This document shows, piece by piece, positions 29,585 to 39,814 of a stretch of DNA of 64,000 bases. The notes beneath the pieces were generated by a model. That model worked only from the letters and a program-made list of their open reading frames with translations. It was not told the origin of the DNA and did not search any database. The position numbers were made by a program, and so were the translations under genes. The DNA is from a bacterium (GTDB lineage Bacteria > UBA8248), in contig OZ241875.1 of NCBI GenBank assembly GCA_965203325.1, positions 864,001 through 928,000 of the forward strand, read 5' to 3'. Every line of letters begins with the position of its first letter. Positions within the stretch are counted from its first letter, which is position 1.

Positions 29585-31056
29585 ACGCCTTCTTCCCGAC
29601 CTTCGTCGTCTTGCCGCTGGCGGTGGGCACGTTCCTGTTCCTGGTGCGCAAGAACCGCGCGCTGCAGGAGTCGGTGAGCCTGCTCGCGCTGCTGGCGAAC
29701 CTGATATTCGCAGGCGCGCTCCTGCATGCGACGGCGGACGGGACGATTTTCGTCCACCGGATGGGGCTGTGGCCTTTCCCCTACGCCATCGTCCTGGCGG
29801 CGGACAGGCTCGCCGCCACGCTCTTGTGCCTCTCCGCCTCCATCGTGGGGGCGTGCGCCGTCTTCGCGAGGAGCTATCTGTCGGATGAGCAGCGCAAGGA
29901 GGCTTTCCACCCCCTGCTGCACTTCCTGCTCATGGGGATGCAGGGCTGCTTCATCACGGGCGACCTGTTCAACCTGTTCGTCTTCTTCGAAGTCATGCTC
30001 ATGTCCACCTACGCGCTTCTGGGCTTTTACTACAACCTCGACCAGCTAGAGATGGCCTTCAAGTACACCTGCCTGAACCTGATCGCCTCGGCGCTTTTCC
30101 TGCTCGGCGTCTCGCTGCTCTACGCCCAGGTGGGCACGGTGAACATGGCCGACCTGGCCGTAAAGATAAAACTCCTGGGGCCGACGCCCCTGATGGTGGT
30201 GACGGCGCTCGTCTTCGTGTTCGTCTTCAGCGTGAAGGCGGCGATCTTCCCCATGCACCTGTGGCTGCCGTCTGCGCACTCGATATCGCCCACCCCCATC
30301 AGCGCCATCCTCGCGGGCGTGCTCGTCAAGGTGGGCATCTACTCCATCATCCGCTGCGCCACGCTCATCTTCCCGGCGGCGTTTTTGATACTGCAACCCG
30401 GGCTGATCCTCCTGTGCCTCCTGACCATCGCCATGGGCGCGCTCGGCACCCTGCCCCAGACGAGCATCAAGCGCATCCTGGCCTACAGCACCATCAACCA
30501 ACTGGGCTACATCGCCTTCGGCGTCGCCCTGCTCTCCCAGGCCGGACTCGCCGCGGCGGTCTTCTACATCGTCGGCCACGCCTATCTCAAGAGCGCGATG
30601 CTGCTCGGCGCGGGGCTCAACCAGAAGCTCACCGGCACGGTCGATCTCGACGAGATGGGCGGCATGATGGGCAAGGCGCCCTTCGCGAGCCTGCTCATGC
30701 TGGTGGGGTTCTTATCCTTGGCGGGCTTTCCGCCGTTCACCGGCTTTTTCGCCAAGCTCTTCGTGCTCCAGGCGGGATTCTCGCAGGGCGCGGTGCTCGC
30801 GACGGGGATCGCCCTGGGATTCGGCGTGATATCGCTTTATTATAATTTCACGACGTACCAGCGCTACGCCTGGGGGACGGGCGGCGGCGAGGTCGGGGCG
30901 GCGGGCGCAGGGATATACGGCTCGGTCGCCTTCCTCTCGGCCTTCGCGGTCATCTTCGGCGTCGGCGCCTACTGGCTTTTCGAGTGGGCGCAGCTCGTGG
31001 CCGCCCAGATCACGAACCCGGAACTCTACATCGCCGCCATGCGGGATTTGGGATAG
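29581..31056 (+). CDS. mrpD: Na+/H+ antiporter subunit D
   Basis: TGDLFNLFVFFEVML, VKAAIFPMHLWLP, VKVGIY. Confidence 0.94.
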   Translation: MNAFFPTFVVLPLAVGTFLFLVRKNRALQESVSLLALLANLIFAGALLHATADGTIFVHRMGLWPFPYAIVLAADRLAATLLCLSASIVGACAVFARSYLSDEQRKEAFHPLLHFLLMGMQGCFITGDLFNLFVFFEVMLMSTYALLGFYYNLDQLEMAFKYTCLNLIASALFLLGVSLLYAQVGTVNMADLAVKIKLLGPTPLMVVTALVFVFVFSVKAAIFPMHLWLPSAHSISPTPISAILAGVLVKVGIYSIIRCATLIFPAAFLILQPGLILLCLLTIAMGALGTLPQTSIKRILAYSTINQLGYIAFGVALLSQAGLAAAVFYIVGHAYLKSAMLLGAGLNQKLTGTVDLDEMGGMMGKAPFASLLMLVGFLSLAGFPPFTGFFAKLFVLQAGFSQGAVLATGIALGFGVISLYYNFTTYQRYAWGTGGGEVGAAGAGIYGSVAFLSAFAVIFGVGAYWLFEWAQLVAAQITNPELYIAAMRDLG

Positions 31057-31066
31057 GAGACGCCTG

Positions 31067-31540
31067 ATGCCGCTCGCCACGCTCGCATTCACCATCGCCA
31101 CCATCTGGATATTCCTGCACGGGAGCGCGACGCCGGGGCATTTCTTCGTCGGGCTGATCATGGCGATCTTCATCATCCGGTTCTTAAAGAAATCCTACTA
31201 CCAGGACAGGACGTTTTTCCGCATCGGCAGCTATTTCAGATACTTGCGGAGCTTCACCTGGGAGCTTCTCATCGCGAACGTCCAGGTGCTGAAGATCGTG
31301 CTCTCGCCCAAATTATCCATTCGTCCGGGCATCATCCCCTACAAGACGGTCTGCAAGACGCCGCTGGGCGTGACGATGCTGGCGAACTCCATCACGCTCA
31401 CGCCCGGCACGCTGAGCATCGACGTGTCAGACGACGATGAGACGATATTCGTCCACACGCTGGACATCGACCACCCCGACGAGGTGGCCGAGGGCATCCG
31501 GGAGGGGCTGGAAGAACCCATCGTGGGAGCCGTGGAATGA
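31067..31540 (+). CDS. mrpE: Na+/H+ antiporter subunit E
   Basis: LANSITLTPGTL, FVHTLD. Confidence 0.93.
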   Translation: MPLATLAFTIATIWIFLHGSATPGHFFVGLIMAIFIIRFLKKSYYQDRTFFRIGSYFRYLRSFTWELLIANVQVLKIVLSPKLSIRPGIIPYKTVCKTPLGVTMLANSITLTPGTLSIDVSDDDETIFVHTLDIDHPDEVAEGIREGLEEPIVGAVE

Positions 31541-31806
31541 TAGCGCTCGCCGTCCAGATAAGCCTCGTGATGATGGGCGCCTCGGTGCTCTTGGCGTTCA
31601 TCCGGCTCGCCAAGGGGCCCACGACGTCGGACCGCGTGGTGGCGGCGGACACCCTCGCCACGAACGTGCTCGGCGTCATCGCGCTGTTCGCCATCCAGAC
31701 GCACAACAAGCTGTTCATCATCGCCGTGCTCGCCCTGGCGATATTGAGCTTCGTGGGCACGACGGTGTATGCGAAGTTCCTCGAGAGGGGGAAGATCATT
31801 GAGTGA
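31537..31806 (+). CDS. mrpF: Na+/H+ antiporter subunit F
   Basis: RLAKGPTTSDRVVAAD, SFVGT. Confidence 0.93.
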   Translation: MIALAVQISLVMMGASVLLAFIRLAKGPTTSDRVVAADTLATNVLGVIALFAIQTHNKLFIIAVLALAILSFVGTTVYAKFLERGKIIE

Positions 31807-32170
31807 CGCACTCGCCGCCGTCCTGCTGCTGGGAGGCTCGTTCTTCATGCTGGTCGCCAGCATCGGCCTCATCCGCCTGCCCGACGTCTACTGCCGCATG
31901 CACGCGGCCACCAAGGCGACGACCTTCGGCATGGGCGGCATACTGCTGGGCGCGAGCTTGATCTTCCAGAGCGCCGCCGTCACGACGCAGGCGCTTCTGG
32001 CCATTTTCTTCCTCTTCCTGACCGCGCCCGTCGCCGCGCACCTGATCTCGCGGGCGGCGTATAAGCGCGGGCCCGACCTCTGCGACGAGACGACGCACGA
32101 TGAATACGGAAAATACCTGGAGGGGCGAAAGGCGGAGGAAGAATCCCCGCAACGGTATGGAGACGCGTAG
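31799..32170 (+). CDS. mrpG: Na+/H+ antiporter subunit G
   Basis: RLPDVYCRMHAATKA, LTAPVAAH. TTG start overlaps mrpF. Confidence 0.92.
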   Translation: MSDALAAVLLLGGSFFMLVASIGLIRLPDVYCRMHAATKATTFGMGGILLGASLIFQSAAVTTQALLAIFFLFLTAPVAAHLISRAAYKRGPDLCDETTHDEYGKYLEGRKAEEESPQRYGDA

Positions 32171-32226
32171 CGAAACACCGCCGGGGCCGGTCGTCGGGAA
32201 ACTAAACGCCGGACAAGCCTGCCTTG

Positions 32227-32478
32227 GGGGTTGTTGAACAGACCCCTGCGCACCCCCTCGAATGAAGGCCGTAGGGGTCAGACATATATGTCTGACCCCG
32301 TGGCCGCCCTTGTCATCGGCTCGAAAACCAACCCCCCCTACCCCCCCTTGTCAGGGGGGTAAAAAAAGGCGGCGCCCACCGCCGATAGAGGGGCTTTTGT
32401 TTTTTCTTGCCCCCCTGACAAGGGGGGGTAGGGGGGGTTGCCTTTATCCCCTGAAAAGGGGCCCTTTTCAACATCCCC
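32227..32478. mobile_element. MITE-like unit: IS-like ends enclosing a GTAG REP (32271-32299) and a family-B2 doublet (32329-32440)
   Basis: GGGGTTGTTGAAC...CTTTTCAACATCCCC ends; GTAGGGGTCAGACATATATGTCTGACCCC. Confidence 0.65.
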
Positions 32479-32606
32479 CCGGATGCGAATCCGGACCGAC
32501 GCGATATGAAAGCGGAACACATCCCCGTCATTGCGCATTTGCGCCATCGCGCCTAAAATCATGCGCGTTCTTGCCGCCGGTACCCATTCATACAGAGGAA
32601 TTACTC

Positions 32607-33206
32607 ATGAACAGATTCGCGAAGTATGCAGCAGCGCTCATCGCGGCGGCATGGCTGACAGCACCCGCCCTCGCCCAAGCCGCCGACTGGAGGATCGACC
32701 CCACCCACACGACGGTCTCCTTCAAGGTACGCCACCTGGGCGTCACATGGGTGCAGGGGGAATTCCAGAGAGTGTCGGGAAAGGTCCGTTTTGACCGGAA
32801 GAACCCCGGCGCCGCGGCTGCGGACATCGTCATCGACGCCGACTCGATCAACACGCGCAACGCGCGGCGCGACAACCATCTGCGGAACGACGACTTCCTG
32901 CTCGTCGAGAAACACCCCACCATCACGTTCAAGTCCAAATCCGTGAAAAATGCGGGACCGGAGGGCCTTGAACTCGTCGGCGACCTGACCATCCGGGGCG
33001 TCACGAAAGAGGTGGTCCTCAAGGTGGCCGACATCAGCGGGGAGGTCACCACGGGGCGCGGGACCGTCAAGATGGGCGCGAGCGCCACCACGCGGATCAA
33101 CCGCAAGGATTTCGGGGTGAAGTACAACCGCCTGATCGAGACGGGCGGGCTCGTCGTGGGCAACGAGGTGCGCATCGCCATCGACGTGGAGTTGAACAAG
33201 TCATAG
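32607..33206 (+). CDS. YceI family periplasmic lipid/polyisoprenoid-binding protein
   Basis: Signal peptide, WRIDPTHTTVSF, RDNHLR, GDLTIRGVTK, INRKDFG. Confidence 0.93.
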   Translation: MNRFAKYAAALIAAAWLTAPALAQAADWRIDPTHTTVSFKVRHLGVTWVQGEFQRVSGKVRFDRKNPGAAAADIVIDADSINTRNARRDNHLRNDDFLLVEKHPTITFKSKSVKNAGPEGLELVGDLTIRGVTKEVVLKVADISGEVTTGRGTVKMGASATTRINRKDFGVKYNRLIETGGLVVGNEVRIAIDVELNKS

Positions 33207-33317
33207 CGCGGGCAGGCTCCGCAGTGAAGGGATAAAAGTCTCAGGCGGAGCCCCCGAAAGCGCGCACTCATTCTGCGCCTGCGGCATAGGTTTCGCCGCT
33301 TGTTTTGGCGCTGTTTG

Positions 33318-33326
33318 TGGTATACT
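33318..33326 (+). promoter_or_regulatory. Possible extended -10 sigma70 promoter element
   Basis: TGGTATACT about 90 bp upstream of the ABC operon. Confidence 0.35.
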
Positions 33327-33414
33327 CGCGACTCCGAATTATGTCGGATTCACTGTGAAAACTGAAGACGCTTGACACACAAGCCCCCTTTGGGAAAACG
33401 AGGAGGATAATCCT

Positions 33415-34764
33415 ATGACCATGAAGAGAACGACTCTCTGGGCCATCGCGTTCGGCTTCGCGCTGGCCGTCCTGGCGGCGCCCCTCGGCGCGGTCGCGCT
33501 CGAGAAGAAACTCGTCATCGTGACGTCCTATCCGCCGGATACGACGACCACCGTCAAGAAGGCCTTCGAGAAGAAACACCCCGGCGTCAAGGTCGAGATG
33601 CTCAAGAAAAAGACCACCGCCGGCATCAAGTACTTACAAGAGACGGCTTCGAACAACCGCTCCGACATGTTCTGGGCATCCGCGCCCGACGCCTTCGAGG
33701 TCCTCAAGGGCGACAACCTCCTGCAGAAATACACGGTCAAGGTGAAGGGCATCCCCGAGAAGGTGGGCGCCTTCCCGATCAACGACCCCGAGGGCTACTA
33801 CAAGGGGTTCGCGGCGTCGGGCTACGGCATCATGTGGAACACCCGCTACTTGAAGGCCAAGAAGCTGCCGGAACCCAAGACCTGGGCCGATCTGGCGAAT
33901 CCCGTCTATCACGGCCACGTCGGCATGAGCGCGCCTTCGCGCTCGGGCACCACCCACCTGACCGTCGAGACGCTCCTGCAGGGCAAGGGCTGGGAGAAGG
34001 GCTGGGCGGAGTGGAAGGCCATCGCCGGCAACTTCAAGACCGTCACCGAGCGCAGCTTCGGCGTGCCCGACGGCGTCAACTCCGGCCAGTTCGGCCTCGG
34101 CATTGTGATCGACTTCTTTGGCCTCTCATCCGAGGCTTCGGGCTTCCCGGTGAAATTCATCTACCCGCCGGTGACGACGCTGGTGCCCGCGAACATCGCC
34201 ATCGTCAAGAACGCGCCGCATCCCAAGGCCGCGGCTGCGTTCATCGAGTTCCTGCTCACGCCCGCGGGACAGGAAGTGCTGCTCGACAAGAAAATCAGGC
34301 GGCTGCCCGTGAACCCGGCGACATACGCCAAAGCGCCCAAAGACTTCCCGAACCCGTTCAAGGACAAGTCCATCGGCGCCGCGGTCAAGTTCGACCTGCA
34401 GCTCTCCAAAAACCGCTACAACGTCATCAACTCGCTCTTCGACGTGATGGTCACCTACCGCTTGAGCGATCTGCGCGCGGCGACCAAGGCCATCCAGGCC
34501 GCAGAGGCGCAGATGGGCGGCAAGAAAAACATGGCGGCGAAGAAGCTGATCGACGAGGCCAAGGCGCTCGTCGCCAAGGTGCCGATCACCGCGGCCCAGG
34601 CGAGCAAGAAGGAATTCAACGCGATTTTCAAGAAGAAGCGCAAGAAGGCGACCACGAAGGTGACGGGACGCCAGGCGGAGATCGAACGCGAATGGGACGC
34701 GCAGGTCAAGGCCAACTACGCCAAGGCCAGGGCGCTGGCCGAGAAGGCGGCGTCCATGCTCTAG
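33415..34764 (+). CDS. ABC substrate-binding protein, Fe3+/AfuA-like family
   Basis: Signal peptide, PKTWADLANP, PSRSGT, APHPKAAAAFIEFLL. Confidence 0.85.
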   Translation: MTMKRTTLWAIAFGFALAVLAAPLGAVALEKKLVIVTSYPPDTTTTVKKAFEKKHPGVKVEMLKKKTTAGIKYLQETASNNRSDMFWASAPDAFEVLKGDNLLQKYTVKVKGIPEKVGAFPINDPEGYYKGFAASGYGIMWNTRYLKAKKLPEPKTWADLANPVYHGHVGMSAPSRSGTTHLTVETLLQGKGWEKGWAEWKAIAGNFKTVTERSFGVPDGVNSGQFGLGIVIDFFGLSSEASGFPVKFIYPPVTTLVPANIAIVKNAPHPKAAAAFIEFLLTPAGQEVLLDKKIRRLPVNPATYAKAPKDFPNPFKDKSIGAAVKFDLQLSKNRYNVINSLFDVMVTYRLSDLRAATKAIQAAEAQMGGKKNMAAKKLIDEAKALVAKVPITAAQASKKEFNAIFKKKRKKATTKVTGRQAEIEREWDAQVKANYAKARALAEKAASML

Positions 34765-34794
34765 CCCTGAAGCCTGCGCGGAGAAGGGGAAAGA

Positions 34795-36510
34795 ATGTCT
34801 CTGGAAGCGATGGCGCGCGGCCAGTGGGGGCCGGCGGCGGTGGGCCTCATCGTCGGCCTGTTCCTGCTCGCCTTCCTGGTTGTGCCCGTCGTGAACGTGA
34901 TCTACGTCGCCTTCCAGGACCCGAATACGGGCGCGCTGACGCTTATCAACTTCGTCGACTTCTTCCGCAACAGCCTGTTCCAGGAATCCGCCATCAATTC
35001 GATCTACGTCGCCTTGATGGCGGTGGTGCTGGCGTCGATTTTTGCACTCCCGCTCTCCTATTTCACGACGCGCTTTAATTTCGGCGGGGCCATCCTCATC
35101 CAGACCCTGGGCGTGCTCCCGCTCATCATGCCGCCCTTCGTCGGCGCGGTGGCGATGCTCCTGCTGCTCGGCGAGAACGGCTCGGTGAACCTGCTGCTGG
35201 ATGAGTGGTTCGGCTTCACGATTCCCTTCATGGAAGGGCTGAACGGCGTCATCCTGGTGGAGAGCATCCACTATTTCCCGTTCATCCTCATGAACCTCTC
35301 GGCCTCGCTCAACAGCATCGACCGGTCGATGGAGGAATCCGCCCAGAACCTGGGCGCGAGCGGAGTTCGCCTGTTCCGGCGCATCGTGTTCCCGCTGGCG
35401 ATGCCCGGCTACGTCGCGGGCGCATCCCTGGTGTTCCTGAAAGTCTTTGACGACATCGGCACGCCGCTGCTGCTCAACATCAACAACATGCTGGCGCCCC
35501 AGGCCTACCTGCGAATCGCCTCCATCGGCATCTCGGACCCGATGGGCTACGTGATTTCGGTCATCCTCGTCATTTTCTCCCTGCTCGCGCTGTGGATCTC
35601 GTTCCTGGCGCTTCGGGGCAAGGACTACGCCACCGTCCAGAAAGGCGGCGGCGGGCTGATGAAGCGCGACCTGCGGCCCTGGGAGAAGGCGGGCTGCTAC
35701 GGGGTCGTCGTCTTCATCCTGCTTCTGGTGCTCTCACCGCACTTCGGCCTCGCCATCCTCTCGCTCGGCACGGTCTGGTCGTTCAGCGTGCTGCCCGACG
35801 CCTACACGTTCTCGCACTACATGCGCGTGGTCTCGGAATCATCCGAGTTCATCACGAACACGCTGCTCTACGCCGGCCTCGCCGCGGGCATCGACGTGGT
35901 GTTCGGCACGGCCATCGCCTACATCGTCCTGCGCACGAATCTGGCCGGCCGCAAATGGCTGGACTACGCCGCGATGGGGGCGGTGGCGATCCCCGGCGTC
36001 GTGCTCGGCATCGGCTATCTGCGCACCTTCTACGCGTTCAACGTGCCGATCATCGACAAGCCGCTGGCCTCGTGGTGGGTCATCATCGTCGTCGCCCTCG
36101 CCATCAGGCGCCTGCCCTACGCGCTGCGCGCCTGCGTCGCGGCGCTGCAGCAGTTGAGCGTCATGCTCGAAGAGGCCGCCGAGAACCTGGGGGCGACCAA
36201 GGGGCGCACCATCTACCGGGTCGTCGTGCCGCTCATGTCGGGCGGCATCGTCGCGGGTTTCGTCACCAGCTTCGCCACCGCGGCGGTCGAGCTTTCGACG
36301 ACCATCATGCTGGTCTCGCAGGAATCGGACGCGCCGCTCGCCTTTGGTATTTACGAGTTCATGCAGTCGGCGGCGGGACGCGGCCCGGGCGCCGCGCTCG
36401 GCATCATCGCCGTGCTCATCGTCGGAATCGCGACCTACGTCTCGCACCGCATCATCCAGCGCAAGGAAACGCAGCAAACGCCGGACATGGCCATCGTAGC
36501 GGGAGTGTGA
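34795..36510 (+). CDS. ABC permease, FbpB/AfuB-like (fused double TMD)
   Basis: Two EAA loops (MEESAQNLGA, LEEAAENLGA). Confidence 0.9.
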   Translation: MSLEAMARGQWGPAAVGLIVGLFLLAFLVVPVVNVIYVAFQDPNTGALTLINFVDFFRNSLFQESAINSIYVALMAVVLASIFALPLSYFTTRFNFGGAILIQTLGVLPLIMPPFVGAVAMLLLLGENGSVNLLLDEWFGFTIPFMEGLNGVILVESIHYFPFILMNLSASLNSIDRSMEESAQNLGASGVRLFRRIVFPLAMPGYVAGASLVFLKVFDDIGTPLLLNINNMLAPQAYLRIASIGISDPMGYVISVILVIFSLLALWISFLALRGKDYATVQKGGGGLMKRDLRPWEKAGCYGVVVFILLLVLSPHFGLAILSLGTVWSFSVLPDAYTFSHYMRVVSESSEFITNTLLYAGLAAGIDVVFGTAIAYIVLRTNLAGRKWLDYAAMGAVAIPGVVLGIGYLRTFYAFNVPIIDKPLASWWVIIVVALAIRRLPYALRACVAALQQLSVMLEEAAENLGATKGRTIYRVVVPLMSGGIVAGFVTSFATAAVELSTTIMLVSQESDAPLAFGIYEFMQSAAGRGPGAALGIIAVLIVGIATYVSHRIIQRKETQQTPDMAIVAGV

Positions 36511-36513
36511 CCC

Positions 36514-37596
36514 ATGACATCAAATCACGCAGCCGGCGTCGTCATCGAGCAGCTGAGCCTCGCCTACGATACGACCGACGTACTGAGAGACGTGAACCTG
36601 CGCATCGAACCGGGCGAGTTGTTCACCTTCCTCGGTCCCTCGGGATCGGGCAAGTCGACCCTGCTGCGCGCGGTCGCGGGCTTCGGCCCGACGCCGCGCG
36701 GACGCATCCTCATCGGCGAGGACGACGTGACGAGGCTGCCCCCCTGGCGGCGCAACGTCGGCATGGTGTTTCAGTCCTACGCGCTCTGGCCGCACATGAC
36801 GGTGCGCAGAAACGTCGCTTTCGGTCTCGAGGAGCGCAGGACGCCCTCCGCCGAGATACCGAAGCGCGTCGACGCCGCACTGGACATGGTCGGTCTTCTG
36901 GAGCTTAGCGAAAGGCGACCGTCTCAGCTATCCGGCGGACAGCAGCAGCGCGTCGCCCTGGCCCGCACCATCGTCGTCGAACCCCGCGTGCTCCTGCTCG
37001 ACGAGCCGCTCTCGAACCTCGACGCCAACCTGCGCGTGCAGATGCGCCGCGAGATCCTGGATTTGCAGCGCGAACTCGCGCTCACCACCATCTTCGTCAC
37101 CCACGACCAGGAAGAGGCCAACACCATCTCGGACCGCATCGCCGTGCTCGACGAAGGCGTCCTCCAGCAGGTGGGAATGCCCATGGAGCTCTACGACGAG
37201 CCGGTGAACCGCTTCGTCGCCCACTTCCTGGGCACGGCGAACCTCATGGAAGGGCGCGTCGAGGCGGGGGCCGATGGGGCGCGCTTCGCCGCGTCGAACG
37301 GCATCGTCTTCCCGCTGGCGGGTGATTCCCACCCGGCGGGCGAGGAGCGGACCGCCGTGTTCCGGCCCCAGGACGTGGCCATCGCCGCATCCGGCGAAAC
37401 GGTGCCCGGAATCGTCCTGACCGGCCGGGTGCAGCACCGCGAGTTCCTCGGCAACCTGCTGCGCTACAGCGTCGCTATCGGCGATGACATCCTGCTGGTG
37501 GACGACACCCACCACCCCGGCCGCCGCGCCTTCGCCGTGGGTGATGAGGTCGCCGTGGGCCTCCGCGGCGAGCAGGTTCGCATCCTGGGACGTTGA
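36514..37596 (+). CDS. ABC ATPase, FbpC/PotA-like with TOBE domain
   Basis: GPSGSGKST, LSGGQQQRVALAR, LLDEPLSNLD. Confidence 0.92.
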   Translation: MTSNHAAGVVIEQLSLAYDTTDVLRDVNLRIEPGELFTFLGPSGSGKSTLLRAVAGFGPTPRGRILIGEDDVTRLPPWRRNVGMVFQSYALWPHMTVRRNVAFGLEERRTPSAEIPKRVDAALDMVGLLELSERRPSQLSGGQQQRVALARTIVVEPRVLLLDEPLSNLDANLRVQMRREILDLQRELALTTIFVTHDQEEANTISDRIAVLDEGVLQQVGMPMELYDEPVNRFVAHFLGTANLMEGRVEAGADGARFAASNGIVFPLAGDSHPAGEERTAVFRPQDVAIAASGETVPGIVLTGRVQHREFLGNLLRYSVAIGDDILLVDDTHHPGRRAFAVGDEVAVGLRGEQVRILGR

Positions 37597-37734
37597 GAGG
37601 AGCGTTCTCCCGCAGGTCCTGACAAATCCAAACAGACAAAATTCAGTCTCCGCTAGAAGGGATTGTTGAAAAAGTCCCCCTGAGGAGGGAGGGAATCCCA
37701 ATCATCGAATTGTTCACCGCAAACCATCGCGCCC

Positions 37735-37809
37735 GCGGCGAACAAGACCTGCCCCGTCTGGCCAGGCGCGCCGCTCCAGACGCGCCTGGACGCCATCAGC
37801 CATATATGA
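37735..37809 (+). pseudogene. arsC: Internally deleted remnant of an LMWP-type arsenate reductase
   Basis: Reads AANKTCPVWPGAP-LQTRLDAISHI*: the ArsC 'CPVWPG' motif joined to an ArsC-like C-terminus, 12 bp before the aquaporin. Confidence 0.6.
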
Positions 37810-37821
37810 GGAGGTGAACCG

Positions 37822-38481
37822 ATGGGCCGCAAACTCCTTGCCGAAGCAGTCGGAACCGCGTTTCTGCTCGCCGCCATCGCAGGCTCGGGCATCATGGGCG
37901 ACGCCCTCTCAAACGGGCAGGCGGGCGCCGCGCTCCTGCCGCACTCACTGGCGATAGGCGCGATCCTCTTCGTCATGATCACCCTGCTCGGGCCGGTCTC
38001 GGGCGCGCACTTCAACCCCGCGGTCACCATGGTCTTCGCCTTGAACGGGGATATGGAACAGCGCGAGGCCGCGCCCTACGTCGCCACGCAATTCCTCGCG
38101 GGCATCCTGGGCGTGCTCGCCGCGCACCTGATGTTCGACCTGGACATCGTCCAGGTATCGGCGAAACAGCGGGCGGGCATCGGCCAGTGGTCGGCGGAAG
38201 TAATCGCAACGGCGGGGCTGATATTCGTCATCATGGGCGGGCTGCGCACGAACGCGGCCCTCATCCCCGCGATGGTCGGGCTCTACATCATGGCGGCCCT
38301 ATGGTTCACGGCCTCGACCAGCTTCGCCAACCCGGCGGTCACCATCGCACGGGTCTATACCAACACGTTCTCGGGCATTCAGCCGTTCGACGCGCTGCCC
38401 TTCGTCATCGCCCAGTTCATAGGCGCGTTCTGCGGCTGGCGGCTGGCGTGTGCCGTCTGGCCCGGAGGGGATGACAACTGA
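37822..38481 (+). CDS. MIP family channel (AqpS-like, ars-associated aquaglyceroporin)
   Basis: SGAHFNPAVT and WFTASTSFANPAVT NPA boxes; GGAGG RBS. Confidence 0.88.
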   Translation: MGRKLLAEAVGTAFLLAAIAGSGIMGDALSNGQAGAALLPHSLAIGAILFVMITLLGPVSGAHFNPAVTMVFALNGDMEQREAAPYVATQFLAGILGVLAAHLMFDLDIVQVSAKQRAGIGQWSAEVIATAGLIFVIMGGLRTNAALIPAMVGLYIMAALWFTASTSFANPAVTIARVYTNTFSGIQPFDALPFVIAQFIGAFCGWRLACAVWPGGDDN

Positions 38482-38499
38482 TACGCGGGCGTGCCTTAC

Positions 38500-38711
38500 G
38501 GGGTTGTTGAAAACGCCCCTGAGAGGGTAATGGCAACCCCCTTGAAAGGGAAATTCCATAACGTCAACCCCCCCCTACCCCCCCTTGTCAGGGGTCAAAC
38601 GCGAGTGATGAACGAGCGTTTGCATAAACCATTGACGAGAAGCACATCGTCTTGCAAAACCTCCCTCTTCGGTCGGTTTTGACCCCTGACAAGGGGGGGT
38701 AGGGGGGGTTG
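38500..38711. repeat. Family-B1 element: IS-like end + flank + palindromic doublet (38565-38711)
   Basis: Near-identical to 39815-40081 and 54846-55109, but the spacer is inverted relative to the flank. Confidence 0.88.
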
Positions 38712-38916
38712 CTTTCAAAGAGGGGATCGGGGATTCGCGCGAAAGCGGCCTTCCCGCTGAAGGTAATGTCTCCCGACGAGGGCTTCTCTACAGCCTCCCA
38801 AGCGCCCCCTCCCCTGAATCACACCTGAAAGTGCAAACAGGCTTGCCATTCCCGCGCCGATGGTGGATTCTCCCCCGAAATCTGAAACGGCCTCATCGAA
38901 TCTGGAGTCCATACGA

Positions 38917-39789
38917 ATGTCGGAACCGAATAGCGTTTTCATCGAAAGAGACGGCGTGCGGCTGCACGCCCTGGATCACGGGAGCGCGGGCGAGGACAAA
39001 CCCGTCCTCCTGATGCTGCACGGCGCGGCAGCCCATGCGCGCTGGTGGGATCACATCGCCCCCCATTACTCGGACTTGCTCCGGACCGTGGCGCCGGATC
39101 ACCGCGGCCACGGGGACACCGGATGGCAGGATGAATACATATTCGAGGACCTGCTGCGCGACGTGGCCGCCTGGGTGGAATGGGCCAAGGCGGAGAGCGG
39201 GCGAAAACCCTGGATGCTGGCCCACTCGATGGGCGGCGTCATCGCGCTGAACCTCTTCGCGCTCGAGCCGCCCGATATCGAAGGCTTGATCGTCGTGGAT
39301 TCCCCGCTTAAGACGACGGACGCGATCCTCGCCGAGGTGCGCGCCTTCGGGAACCGCCCCGCCAGACCCTGGGCGTCGAGAGAGCTTTTCGTCGAGAAAT
39401 TCAGGCTCCTGCCCGCATCGGACAAGGTGAACCCAGAGACCATCGCCCACATCGCGCGCCACGCCGTGCGGCAAAACGGCGACGGCACCTGGACGGTGAA
39501 GGCGGACAGGCGCTTTCACGCGGCCCGCCCCGAGACGGATCAGCGCGCCGGCTGGCAACGCGTCGAGACCCCCGCCCTGCTCGTGGCGGGGGAACTGTCG
39601 GATCGCCTCAAATCAGACTCTCTCGAATGGGTGCGCGAGAAAGTCCCCCACGTGGAGACCGCCGTCATCCCGGGCGCGCACCACCACGTCTTCATGGACG
39701 AACCCGACGAATTTATCCGCGTGACGCGCGCGTTTCTGGAGAGGAAGCTCGCCGCTGCGAGTGAGCAGGGCGCATCTCGGACGGTCTGA
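38917..39789 (+). CDS. Alpha/beta hydrolase
   Basis: LHG, DHRGHGD, AHSMGG nucleophile elbow, AHHHVFMD. Confidence 0.9.
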   Translation: MSEPNSVFIERDGVRLHALDHGSAGEDKPVLLMLHGAAAHARWWDHIAPHYSDLLRTVAPDHRGHGDTGWQDEYIFEDLLRDVAAWVEWAKAESGRKPWMLAHSMGGVIALNLFALEPPDIEGLIVVDSPLKTTDAILAEVRAFGNRPARPWASRELFVEKFRLLPASDKVNPETIAHIARHAVRQNGDGTWTVKADRRFHAARPETDQRAGWQRVETPALLVAGELSDRLKSDSLEWVREKVPHVETAVIPGAHHHVFMDEPDEFIRVTRAFLERKLAAASEQGASRTV

Positions 39790-39814
39790 TGACTCCCTGA
39801 GATGCCCTTCTTGA

